Assembly (NCBI GenBank): GCA_963771175.1
Contig: CAVYSY010000026.1
Location: forward strand, 576,001-640,000
Direction: 5' to 3'
From: an uncultured delta proteobacterium
GTDB lineage: Bacteria; Myxococcota; Myxococcia; Myxococcales; Myxococcaceae
DNA length: 64,000 bases
The position numbers and the translations under genes were made by a program. This document shows, piece after piece, positions 36,000 through 47,769 of the stretch (its first letter is position 1; each line of letters starts with the position of its first letter). The notes beneath the pieces were generated by a model. The model had not been told where the DNA came from and did no database searches. It saw only the letters and a program-made list of their open reading frames with translations.

Positions 36000-37010
36000 A
36001 TGAGTGGAGAACGCTGGCTCCTCTACGCGCTCGGCGGAGGCCTGGGGCACCTCACTCGCGCCGTGGCCCTGGGTCGCGCGGCCCGCCGGCGCGGCCACCG
36101 CGTGGACGTGGTGACGAACAGCTCCTTCGCGTCCGGGCTCGCGCTCGAGGCGGAGCTGGGCGAGGGCCACGTCCACCGGCTCGCCCCGGAGCTCGACAAG
36201 CAGGCCGTGCGCGCCGCCTTCGAGCGGCTGCTCGCCCACGTGAGCCCCGAGGTGCTCGTCGTGGACACCTTCCCGCGCGGGCTCGGCGGAGAGCTCGCGA
36301 CGCTCCTGCCGGAGCTGAAGGTCCGCAAGGTGCTCGTGCACCGAGACCTCCACCCGGACTACGTGGAGCGCTTCGGGCTCGCGCGGTTCGTCGACACCTA
36401 CGACCGGCTCCTCCTTCCCGGCGAGCCCGCTCCGCTCGCCCACCACCCTCGCGCCGTGAGCACGCCTCCGTGGCTCGTCCGCGATGCCGGGGAGCTATTG
36501 GATATCCCCTCCGCTCGACGGGAGCTGGGGATTCCCGCCAGCGAGGAGACAGTGCCCGTGGTGGCCGTCCTGGCCTGTGGCCGGCCGGAAGAGGTGGACG
36601 AGTGCATCGGACTCGCGGCGATGCTCCAGCGGGAGCTTGGCGCGCGCGCCGCCGTCCGGCTGCTGGCCCCGAGTGCCCTCACGTCCGTTCCCGCGCCCCT
36701 CACGTGGCTGCGGCCCTGGCCGGCCCTCCCGCTCATGCGGGGCATCGACGTCCTCGTGGGCGCGGGTGGCTACAACACCGTCCAGGAGGCACGCGCCACG
36801 GGAACACCGCTCGTGGCCTTCGCCCGGCCCCGGCTCTATGACCGGCAGGTGCTGCGGCTCCACTCCTCCGAGCAGGTCTCCACGTTCGACGAGGCCCTCG
36901 CGCGAGTGAGCACGCTCCTCCAGACCCTGCCCGAGACACGCGGCGAGCGAGCCCTGCCCGCGTACGTCAACGGGGCCCATGCGGCGGTGCGACTCATCGA
37001 GGGCTCCTGA
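36000..37010 (+). CDS. GT-B glycosyltransferase (GT28/GT1-like)
   Basis: GGGLGHLTRA, VDTFPRG, GAGGYNTVQE and PRLYDRQ. Confidence 0.82.
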   Translation: MSGERWLLYALGGGLGHLTRAVALGRAARRRGHRVDVVTNSSFASGLALEAELGEGHVHRLAPELDKQAVRAAFERLLAHVSPEVLVVDTFPRGLGGELATLLPELKVRKVLVHRDLHPDYVERFGLARFVDTYDRLLLPGEPAPLAHHPRAVSTPPWLVRDAGELLDIPSARRELGIPASEETVPVVAVLACGRPEEVDECIGLAAMLQRELGARAAVRLLAPSALTSVPAPLTWLRPWPALPLMRGIDVLVGAGGYNTVQEARATGTPLVAFARPRLYDRQVLRLHSSEQVSTFDEALARVSTLLQTLPETRGERALPAYVNGAHAAVRLIEGS

Positions 37011-37022
37011 CGGACCCGTCCC

Positions 37023-38511
37023 TCAATGCGCCTGGGCGGAGCCGCCCAGGTGGAACCCTCTTCGTGGGAGGGCGGCTGCGCGTGCACCGGTGTGTAGGGG
37101 AGCATGCACGGTGAAGGTGGAGCCCTGGCCGGGGTGACTGGTCACATGGACCTCGCCATTCAGTGCCTCCACGATCTGCCGGGTGATGTAGAGCCCCAGC
37201 CCCAATCCCCCGTAGTGTTTGTCACTCACCGCGCGCTCGAAGCGCCCGAAGATGCGCGACAGGTGCTCGGGCTCGATGCCAATGCCCTTGTCGGCCACCG
37301 AGAGCTGGGCCTGTGTTCGGCCAGCCCAGCACGCGCACCTCACCGGCTTGCCCGCTCCGTACTTGAAGGCATTGGTGAGCAGGTTCGTCACCACCTGCTC
37401 CAGGCGCAACCGGTCCCACTGCCCCACCACCGGCCCGTGCTCGCTCAGCACCACCTCGCAGCCAGCGCTCTCCGCCTGGGGGGCGAAGGTGGAGATCACC
37501 TCACGCACCACCTCCAACAGCCTCCAGCTCGCGCACAGCGCGTTCACCAGTTCCCGCTTCTCCGCGCTCGGTACACCCTGCAATCCGGCGCGGATTCCCT
37601 CCTCGTCCAGCACGGCCACGTCACAGAAGTCCGCCAACTTGGGAACCAACGACCAGACCAGTTGCCCAGCGTCTCCTTCAACTCCAGGTTCGAACCCAGA
37701 CGCGCACTCGCCTCGGACAGGAAGCGCAGGTAGACCTCGGCCCGCTTGCGCAGGGTGACGTCCTGCAGTCCCCCCCACCATGCGAAGGGGCACGCCGCTC
37801 GCATCGCGCAGGAGGTAGCCCAATCCACCACGTCCGCGTACGAACCATCCGCGCGACGAAGCGATCTCCGCCCGCCAGCTCATGGCGTCCCCCTTGATCG
37901 CATGCCACAGGCTCGCCATCACCCAACATCCGGTCCTCCGGGTGGAGGTTGAGATCACCAGCGGTATCGTCGAGGCCTCCTCCGGTCGGTCGCCGAAAGA
38001 GCGTCTGCACGTGGACGCTCCAGTTCAGCGCGTTCGTCACCATGTTCCACTCGTAGATGGCATCACTTCGGTGGCGAGCGTGGTGAGGCGGTAGCGCTCC
38101 TGGATTGGCGGAGGGCCTCCTGGACGATGCGCGCCTGGAACCAATCCACCAGCCCGGCCATCCGCGCGCGCAGGACATGTGGCTCGGCTGCGGCACGCGG
38201 TGAAATCCGCCGCGCCCACCGGATGGGCCTTCATCACCCGCACTGCCTCTGGGAGGTCTCGGGAGAGAAGCGGCACGGGCACACCGAGGCCATGCGCCAC
38301 CCCCGTGAGCCGGGAGGCCCACTGCCTGGAATCCACCACACTCGCCAGGGGGAGCACCAGCGCGGCGATCGAGCAACTGCGGCAACTGCCCGCCTCTACC
38401 GCCTCCGGCCAATGCAGGCTGCCGTCGCGAGGGGTTCGAGCGCCGTGCGCAGGTGCCCGTCCAAGCCAGGAGCACGTCCACCAGCAGGATGTGAGGGGCG
38501 GTGTCGGGCAC
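37023..38511 (-). pseudogene. Decayed hybrid sensor kinase (REC remnant, PAS, truncated GAF, HATPase; HisKA missing)
   Basis: HILLVD remnant, DAIYEW/LHPED PAS fragments and WDRLRLEQVVTNLLTNAFKYG...GGLGLGL. Many frameshifts plus an internal deletion. Confidence 0.75.
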
Positions 38512-38701
38512 GCATCAGCCTCCTGCGCGGAGCGGTGGAAGGGAGCAGGAAGCCCAGAACGCTCCCTGGCCAGCGGGGCCCACATCGCCGCGAGGACAGG
38601 CCCCAAGAAGCAGACGCCCACCTGACCGATCTCTTCCTGCCCGCCCCCCTGCTCTCCCCGGAGAGCCGATGGCGCTCGAAGAGGACCCTCACCCGCGCGT
38701 A

Positions 38702-39911
38702 TCAGTGGATGATTCGGTACACCTGCTCGAGCATCGCCGCGCACACCAGCCCGCCGTAGGTGCCCAGCACATAGCCGGCCACCGCCAGCATGACGCCCAC
38801 GGGAGCGAGCGCCGGGTGGAAGGCCGCCGCCACCACCGAGGCCGAGGCCGCGCCGCCCACGTTGGCCTGCGAGCCCACCGCCGCGAAGAAGATGGGTGCG
38901 CGCAGCAGGCGCCGCACGTCAGCAGCATGACGCCCGCGTGGATCGCCATCCACACCATGCCCACGGCCACCAACGCGGGGGCGTCCAGCAGCCGCCGGAA
39001 GTCGGCCTGGCGCCGATGGTCATGACCAGCAGGTAGAGGAACAGCGAGCCCACCCGGCTCGCCCCGGCCCCCTCCAGCTTGCGCAGCGGGGTGAACGACA
39101 GCACCACCCCCACCGTCGTCACCAGGATGACCACCCAGGTGAAGCCCGTCATGATGGTGCCCGATGTCCGGCAGCTGCTTGGCCACCACCGTGCACACCA
39201 CCGTGGTGCCCAGCCCGAAGGGTGAGGATCCACACCAGGTCCGGCAGGTTCGCGGGCCGCAGCCACCGAGGCGTGGAATCGCTCCACCTGCTCGCGCACC
39301 ACGTCGATGGCCCGCCGGTCCGCGCCCATGCGCGCGTCCATCTGCCGCTCACGGCCCGCGAACGTAGAGCAGCACCGCGGTCCACATGTTCGACACGCCC
39401 ACGTCCACCACCACCATCATGCTCAAGCGTGTTGTCGTGCGCGCCGATGCTCTGGCCGATGGCCACGAAGTTGGCACTGCCGCCGATCCACGAGCCGCTG
39501 AGCGCCGCCAGCCCCTTCCAGGCCTGCTCTCCGAGCTCCGCCGGCACCAGCCAGCCCAGCGCCAGGTACGCGAGAGGCCCGCCGAGGATGATGCCCGCCG
39601 TCCCCGCCAGGAAGAGCACCACCGCGTTGCGCCCCAGCCGCGCGATGGCCGGCAGGTCCATGGACAGCACCTGGAGCACCAGACTCGCCGGCAGCAGGTA
39701 CGCCGACACGAAGCCGTAGAGGTCGGACTTGGTGCGGGATGACGCCCGTGTTCGAGAGCAGCGTGGGCACGAAGTAGACGAGCACGAGCATGGGCAGGAC
39801 CCTGAAGAGGCGCGCGCCCACCGGGTGTCGCTCGGCGAGGAACAGCAGCGCCAGCACGGTGAGCAGCACCGTGAGCACCGCCATGGGGCTCTGGATGAGC
39901 GGCTCCGTCAC
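38702..39911 (-). CDS. DUF819-family membrane protein (putative peptide transporter); frameshifts
   Basis: Multi-TM with GSWIGGSANF and SQANVGGAASA motifs. Start overlaps the epimerase stop. Confidence 0.8.
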
Positions 39912-40936
39912 GGGAAGGGCTGGGGCTCCACGCCGAGCCCGGGTCCCTCACCCAGAGCGGATGCGCCCGTCCACCACCGGGTGCCCACGGAAGGGGTCCG
40001 CCGGAGATGAGCAGGTTGCCGTCCAGGTCCAGCCAGTCCACCAGCGGCCCCAGGTGCGCCGCCGCGGCGATGCCCAGCGACGTCTCCACCATGCACCCCA
40101 GCATGATCTTCAGGCCGCAGGCGCGCGCCGTCTCGATGATGCGCAGCGCCTCGCGGATGCCGCCGCACTTCTGCAGCTTGACGTTGATGCCGTGGTAGCC
40201 CTCGGCCAGCTTCGGCACGTCCGAGGCCATCATCAGCGCCTCGTCCGCCACCAGCGGCAGCGGCGAGCGCTGACGCAGCCACTTCGCCCCCTCGACGTCC
40301 GCCGCCGGCAGGGGCTGCTCCACCAGCTCCACCCCCTGCGTCGCCATCCACTCGATGTGCTTCAGCGCTTCCTCGGGGCTCCAGGCCTCGTTGGCGTCCA
40401 CGCGAACCGGCTTGGGAGTGGCGGAGCGCACCGCGCCGAACAGCTCGCGCACCGACTGCGCGCCGAGCTTGACTTTGAGGATGGGGAACGGCTCGGCCTC
40501 GCGCACCTTCCGGGCCATGGACTCCGGATCATCGATGCCGATGGAGAATGAGGTGACGGGCATCCGCGCCGGGTCCAGGCCCAGCAGTCGATAGAGCGGC
40601 GCCCCGAGGCGCTTGCCGGCCAGGTCGTGCAGCGCGATGTCCAGCGCCGCCTTCGCCGCGTGGTTGCCCGGCAGGGCCTCCTCGATGCGCTCCGAGAGGA
40701 CGCGGAAGTGCCGCGGATCGCCTTCCAGCACCGGGGCGAGCTTCCCGAGCGCCTCGGTCACCGTCTCGGCGGACTCGCCGTAGCGCACGTTGGGGGCCGC
40801 CTCGCCCCGGCCGACCAGGTCTCCGTCGCGCAGCTCGACGAGCACGTTGCGCTTCGAGGTACTGGTGCCGCGCGGAGATGGTCCAGGCGTGACGAAGGGG
40901 CAGCTCGACGATTCGGACGTTCAACGGTAGGGACAT
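39908..40936 (-). CDS. L-Ala-D/L-Glu dipeptide epimerase (enolase superfamily); frameshifts
   Basis: LKVKLG, VDANEAW, EQP, ADE, NVKLQKCGG and DLDG. Confidence 0.9.
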
Positions 40937-41063
40937 GCGGTGAGCCTCCCGGCCCGCCATTACCACAGGCCGGGCGAGCCCGACCCCTGTTCCTCTCTCA
41001 CGAAAAACATCGAGTCCGGACGGTGGCCGTGGACGGTCCCCCGGACTCCCCTAGACTGCCGGC

Positions 41064-42480
41064 ATGCGCCCCCTGCTCTTCGTCCTCGCCCTCCTGGCCG
41101 TGCCGGGTTGCGGCCACGCCGCCGGCCCGACGCGAAGCGCCCCGCCTCGCACGGCCGAGGAGATGCGCACGCTGCTCGCCGAGCTCATCGCGGTGGACAC
41201 CTCCAACCCGCCGGGCAACGAGGCCGCCGCCGCCCAGGTGGCCGCGCGCTGGCTGCGCGAGGCCGGTATCGAGTCGCAGCTCGCCGAGCCCGCCCCCGGA
41301 CGCGCCCACCTCTGGCCCGGCTGAAGGGCAACGGCCGCGCGACGGCCCGTGCTGGTGCTCGCCCACCTCGACACGGTGCCCGCGAAGCGGGAGGAGTGGG
41401 CCTCCGACCCGTGGACGCTCACCGAGCGCGACGGCTTCCTCTATGGGCGCGGCGTCCAGGACAACAAGGGCATGGCGGCGGCCAGCGTGCTGGCGCTGCG
41501 GCGGCTCCAGCGCGAGGGCGGTGAAGCTGTCGCGCGACGTGGTGCTCGTGCTCAGCGCGGACGAGGAGGTGGGCTCCGGCCACGACATCGAGTGGCTGCT
41601 GGAGCACCACCCCGAGCTGCGCGAGGCCGAGCTCGCCCTCAACGAGGGAGGCCTCACGGAGCTGTCCGAGGACCGCCGCCGCGTGCGCTTCGTCAACCTC
41701 CAGGCGGCCGAGCGGGTGTCGCGCAACGTGGTGCTGAAGGCCACCGGGCCCGGGCGGACACTCCTCGGTGCCGCCCGGCGGCACCCAACCCGATGGTGCG
41801 ACTGGCGGCGGCGGTGGCTCGCATCGGGGCGCTCACCTTCCCCACCCGGCTCACCCCCGTCACCCGGCTGAACATCGAGGGCCGGCGTCAAGGTGACGGC
41901 GGGCGAGCTGGGCGAGGCCCTGAAGCGGCTCGCGGCGTCGCCGGACAGCCCGCCCCAGGAGGCGGTGGACACCATCGCCCGGCTCGAGCCCGCGCTGGCC
42001 GCCGTGCTGCGCACCACCTGCGTGCCCACCGTCTTCAACGCTGGCACGCGGCCCAACGTCATCCCCGCCACCGCCGAGGCCACCATCAACTGCCGGCTGC
42101 TCCCGGACGAGGACCTCGAGGCGCTTCCGGGCCCGGCTCGTCGCGGCGGTGGCGGACCCGGACATCCAGGTGGAGCTGAACATGAAGCGCGCCGGACTCG
42201 CCCGCCTCGCCGGTGGGGGACAACGCGATGTTCCGGGCCGCCACGGCCGCCGCCGCCAGGGTGTGGCCGGGCGCCCCCGTCTTCCCGCGCATGTCCACCG
42301 GCACCACCGAGTCCACCGCGCTGCGCCGGGCGGGCATCCACGCCTACGGCATCGACCTCTTCGCCCTCACGCCGGACGACGCGCGCACGGCCCACGCGCC
42401 CAACGAGCGCATCCCCGTCGGCCTCGCTCCAGCCGGGCGCCGAGTTCGTCTACCAACTCCTGCGGGAGCTGGCGAAGTGA
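41064..42480 (+). CDS. M20/M25/M40 metallopeptidase lipoprotein; frameshifts
   Basis: Lipobox-like PGC, NPPGNE, HLDTVP, GRGVQDNKG, ADEE and HAPNER. Confidence 0.88.
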
Positions 42481-42521
42481 GCCCCCGTCCCCCTTCCCAC
42501 ACAGCATCCGAGCGGCTCCTC

Positions 42522-43789
<1,268 letters not shown>

Positions 43790-43814
43790 GTACCTGGAAC
43801 CTCTTTCAGGTCAC

Positions 43815-43850
43815 AAGGGGCTGCCCACTCTTCCGGCGAGCAGCCCCCTT
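43815..43850. terminator. GC hairpin AAGGGGCTGC...GCAGCCCCCTT at the left edge of the island
   Basis: Inverted repeat downstream of the C39 gene. Shares AAGGGGCTGCCC with the hairpin at 47776. Confidence 0.55.
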
Positions 43851-44139
43851 CGCTGATTCACGAGCGCGTCATGGCTGCCCATGGAGGCCGCTCGCAGGGC
43901 GTCTCCCTGTCCGGGCCCGAGCGCCGCTCGGATGGCAGCAGCACCGCGCAATCTGGGACATCGCGCTGCTGTTCCAGAAGTCATAGAGCGCGGTGAGCTT
44001 GTCCTGGGAGACCCCTCGCGCCGTGACCCGCGCCTCCAGGTAGCGCGCCCGGGCCGCCACCGGCACCACCCCGGCCACCTCGCGGGCCACCGCCGCGGTA
44101 GCTCGGCGCGCCTTGGACCGCTCGGCCACGGTTCCACGG

Positions 44140-44570
44140 CATCGACATGAGGCGGCCTTTCCCGGCTTCACCTCCTTCACCGAGCCCCCCGAGTCCTTGA
44201 CGAGCTCCCAGCGAGTACTCGCGTTCGCCAACCCAACAAGTGTGGCGGTGCCGCCTCCAGCATCCAGACGGAACTGTGGGCCACCGCCTATCGGGATCGT
44301 CAGTTCCTCCTCCGGCAGATCCGCCTCTACGAGCCCAACATCATCATCGCGTGCGGCACCGGAGACATCGCCAAGCACATCCTCTTCGAGGAGCACTGGA
44401 ACAATTGGAACAAGACCACCAATGGCATGTACTGGACCCGCCCCTCGGCGATCGATGCAGTGCTCGTCTCGGCGAACCACCCGCAGGCCAGACTTGAGCA
44501 CAAGAAGCTCTACGAGGAGGTCGTCATGGGCCTGAAAGATATTGGGGCGCTCAAACAACCTGCACGGTGA
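44140..44570 (+). pseudogene. 5'-truncated or frameshifted uracil-DNA-glycosylase-superfamily-like protein
   Basis: Manual translation of 44235-44570 gives NKCGG...FLLRQIRLYEPNIIIACGT...VSANHPQAR...*. The preceding LAFAN is in another frame. No start codon found. Confidence 0.6.
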
Positions 44571-44659
44571 AACGAAGTAGTGCTGCCGCAGCCCCCACCC
44601 AAGGCTGCTGGGCCTCCAGGCACCACCCTGCTTCTCCTCGACGACGTTACGATGCAGCC

Positions 44660-45426
44660 ATGCTCCCTGAGCCTGTACCCGCGCACTACATCGTGTTCCA
44701 TCCGAACGTGCCCGCTATCAAGCCAGGGTGCGTGCAACGGCGCTATCAATGGCCAGCGAGCGCTCCGGGGTAGGCAGAGTTTGGGTCGACAAGCCCCCCG
44801 GAAACGAGGATCCGTTCGTGCTTCGGCTCTTCATGGGCCTACTCGTACTGCCATGCGACGCAACTCAGGCGGGAGCCTCGCGAATCTGGCTACGTGACCA
44901 AGGGCTCGTGCATTTTGTTCTGCAGTGGCAACCTCGCCGACAAGAAACAAGTGTTGGCCATCGACACCGTGTTCTGGGTAGCGTGCTGCCCACAAGTGGA
45001 GAGCACCAAGCAAGCCTCCAGACTACTACGCGCAAGAGGTCAGCGGGACATACGGACTTGTGGAAATCCCACCTTCGCTTTGGCGGACAGCCCGGCGGCC
45101 ACAAAGGCCGGTACACGTACGAAGCTGCGCTCTTTCCGCAGCCTGACAGCCGATACTCGCGGCTCCCACTTGATGCGGACGGTGATCGGATTCGTATTTC
45201 GCTCAGTCTGCTGTCGCGCGAGCTTCGGGAACAGATCAGCGAAACCCTACACGGAAAGTACCCGGCTCTCCTTTCGGATGGGAACCTTCGAGAGCTTCTC
45301 GCTCTCGAGAGGGAACGGACTTCCATTGAAGTGGTGCGCGATATCGTGGCTGAGGATCACGACTTCATCGCGCTCCGTGAGGAACAAATCGCAGGCTGCT
45401 GCGCTCCCTGTCAGAAGGAGTGCTAG
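44660..45426 (+). CDS. Cryptic hypothetical protein, possibly Nmad2-like (nucleotide-modification-associated); about four frameshifts
   Basis: Joined frames read MLPEPVPAHYIVFHPN.../GNEDPFV/FGSSWAYSYCHATQLRR...GSCILFCSG...IDTVFWV/.../DLWKSHLRFG...CCAPCQKEC*. Confidence 0.5.
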
Positions 45427-45462
45427 CGATGCTCGGCTCCGCACCTATTTCGAGCGATGACC

Positions 45463-46459
45463 CTACGTACCCGCCAGCCGCCCCTGGTAGATGTGCTGGT
45501 GGTGATAGCGCAGGTAGTGCGGGTCGGGTCCTCGACGGTCAGGCCGGAGGATGAGCCGAGCGCCGAGGACTCGCTCCCCGAAGTACAGCTCCGTACCTTC
45601 ATCGGCGACCATGCTCATGCGCAGCGACTCGGCGCGGTGGATGCGCAAGCCTCCATTGACGGTGATGAGCCCGCTATCGAAGGCCGCATCATGCGTCGGA
45701 CATGCGGGCAATACCGTTCGAGGGGTCGAGCCGCTCCTGGTTCGTCGAGCGCGCCCACGGCTTGATATGGGAGGCCACGAGCAGCCGATGGTGACGCAGC
45801 TTGTGGGGAGCGAAGCCGCAGAAGCCACAGCGGTGCTCGTAATGGGCCAGGACCTGGGAGGCGAACCGATGCTGGCCGAGACGAACTCGCTGCTCCATGA
45901 GGCGCGTGGTCTGCGGCTCTCCCATGTGGAAGGCCTGCTCAAGCTGACCCAGCTCTTCCCTACTCTCGTCGAGCACCCGCCCGATCTCGGCTGAGCCCAG
46001 CTCCTCCTGGCCGAGCATTTCCACTCGGCCCTCGTGCAGGGCATAGAGGACATCTGGAACGCGTGCATCGTCGAGCCCCACGTCTCGTGCGGCCTGCAGG
46101 ACCCGCCGATACAGCTCCGCGAAGAGCCCAGGAGCAGAGGCCAACCGGACGAAGAGTTCTGGCTCCAGACGTGCGCTGTTCTTCAAGGCCCCGTCCAGGT
46201 TCAGCATCTTGTTCGTCAGGGACCTGGGAGGACGTTGCAGTGTGCGAGCCAGCGCCTTCACGTCATCAGGGAGGCGCTCAATGTTGGATTTGCCAAAGGC
46301 GTGAGGGTCGAGGACGAAGAAGAAGGCGTAGCAGAGCAGTACTTCAACGGGCAGGAACCGCTCCTGGCGCTCTCGCTGGACGCGAGCGATCACCCGGCGC
46401 CACTGCTGCCGGGCATCGTCATCGCTGAGTTCGAGGTATCTGGCCAGTTCATCCGCCAT
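45463..46459 (-). CDS. HNH endonuclease (type IV restriction-like); frameshift near 45705
   Basis: RLGQHRFA, CGFC, ASHIKPW, NGI(A)CPTHDAAFDSG and YLRYH, after a helical N-terminal domain. Confidence 0.88.
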
Positions 46460-46742
46460 CGACCTGAGTCTGCCAGGTCGCGCAGCTCGGATGCTACGTG
46501 GCGGGTCTTTCGGCGCTCGTACGCCCTTAGCAGTCCTGGTGCATGTCCCACATCCCGCGAGAGGAAAGGGAGTGCCTACTCTTCACCGGGAGAACCCCTG
46601 AGATACCAGGGCCCCGCTGTTCGTGCCCCACCTGAAGGCATCATCCACCTTCTTCACCGAGTACTCCGCCATGAGGAAGTGGATGAGCGGAGACCAGCGA
46701 AGGCGCGGAATGGCCCACCGCATGCTTCCGGTGCCGCTCGCC

Positions 46743-47759
46743 ATGCCCGGACCCCATGATCTCTTCGCACGCTTCACCTTCGGACACCCCGAGCGGGCCG
46801 CAGCCGAGTTGCGCGCCGCCCTGCCCCCGCATGTCGTCTCGGAGGTGGACTGGGCGTCCCTGCGACGAGAGTCCGGCTCCGTGGTGGACCCGGAGCTGCG
46901 GGAGACCGAAAGCGACCTGCTCTTCACCGCGCGTCTTCGCGAGGGTCGCTCGCTGCTGCTCTACGTGCTGCTGGAACACCAGTCCTCGGTAGATCGGTGG
47001 ATGGCGCTGCGCATGCTGCGGTACGTCGTCCGTCAGGTGGAGCACTGGCGCCAGCAGCACCCGGAGAGCACGGTGCTCCCGGTCATCATCCCGCTCGTCA
47101 TGTACCACGGGCCAGAAGGCGTCTGGTCGGCGCCCCGCCGGGTGGAGGAACTCTTCGACCTGCCGGGTGAAGGCGAGCAGCGGGAGCACTGGCGTGTACT
47201 GGTGCCGCGCTTCGAGTACCTGCTGGATGACCTGACGGCCGAGCGAGCCGAGGCACTGCTGGCGCGCCCCGGCCCACCTCTGGCCCGGCTGGCATGGCTC
47301 GCCCTGCGATATGGCCGAACCGAGGAACTGGCCCAGAGACTCCCGGACTGGACGGCGCTCTTCGCGCAGGTGCATGCCACTCCCGAGGGCTCCGAGCATC
47401 TGGTGGTGGTCATCCGCTATCTCACCTGGGTTGGGGACGAGGCAGCCCACAAAGCAGCGAGACGGGTGCTACATTCGGTAGTGGATGCCCAAGCAGCGGA
47501 GGCACTGATGCGGAGCTATGCCGAGGAACTCATCGAGCGGGGACGCCGACGGGGACTGGAGCAGGGACGGGAGCAGGAGCGGCTCCGTGGGCGCGCCGAG
47601 GCGGTGCTTCGGATTCTCGCCGCGCGAGGCGTGCACGTCGGCGACGAGCCGCGGCAACGCATTCTCACGTGCACGGACCTGGCCACCCTCGACCGCTGGT
47701 TCGATCAGTCCCTGAACGCCACCGCCCTCTCCGACGTGCTGGACGACCCGGCGAGCTGA
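46743..47759 (+). CDS. Rpn/YhgA-like PD-(D/E)xK recombination-promoting nuclease
   Basis: HDLFARFTF, SDLLF, LEHQS, PLVMYHG and the C-terminal GLEQGREQ tail. Confidence 0.92.
   Translation: MPGPHDLFARFTFGHPERAAAELRAALPPHVVSEVDWASLRRESGSVVDPELRETESDLLFTARLREGRSLLLYVLLEHQSSVDRWMALRMLRYVVRQVEHWRQQHPESTVLPVIIPLVMYHGPEGVWSAPRRVEELFDLPGEGEQREHWRVLVPRFEYLLDDLTAERAEALLARPGPPLARLAWLALRYGRTEELAQRLPDWTALFAQVHATPEGSEHLVVVIRYLTWVGDEAAHKAARRVLHSVVDAQAAEALMRSYAEELIERGRRRGLEQGREQERLRGRAEAVLRILAARGVHVGDEPRQRILTCTDLATLDRWFDQSLNATALSDVLDDPAS
47508..47759 (+). CDS. Putative internally translated RpnS-like C-terminal protein (83 aa)
   Basis: GGAGG at 47498-47502, 5 nt before an in-frame ATG (MRSYAEELIERG). Confidence 0.55.
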   Translation: MRSYAEELIERGRRRGLEQGREQERLRGRAEAVLRILAARGVHVGDEPRQRILTCTDLATLDRWFDQSLNATALSDVLDDPAS

Positions 47760-47769
47760 AGCCGCGCCA

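Noticed and set aside
43869..44558. Minus-strand 229-aa ORF as a real single gene
   Set aside because: Its upstream part is the antisense shadow of the plus-strand UDG-like frame. Only about 43940-44120 might be a remnant of another gene.
46583..46730. Short minus-strand peptide between the HNH and Rpn genes
   Set aside because: Too short and without a recognisable motif or RBS. Possibly a remnant but unsupported.
46743..47759. Rpn gene as an IS element
   Set aside because: No terminal inverted repeats or target duplication were seen. The family is a PD-(D/E)xK nuclease, not a demonstrated transposase.
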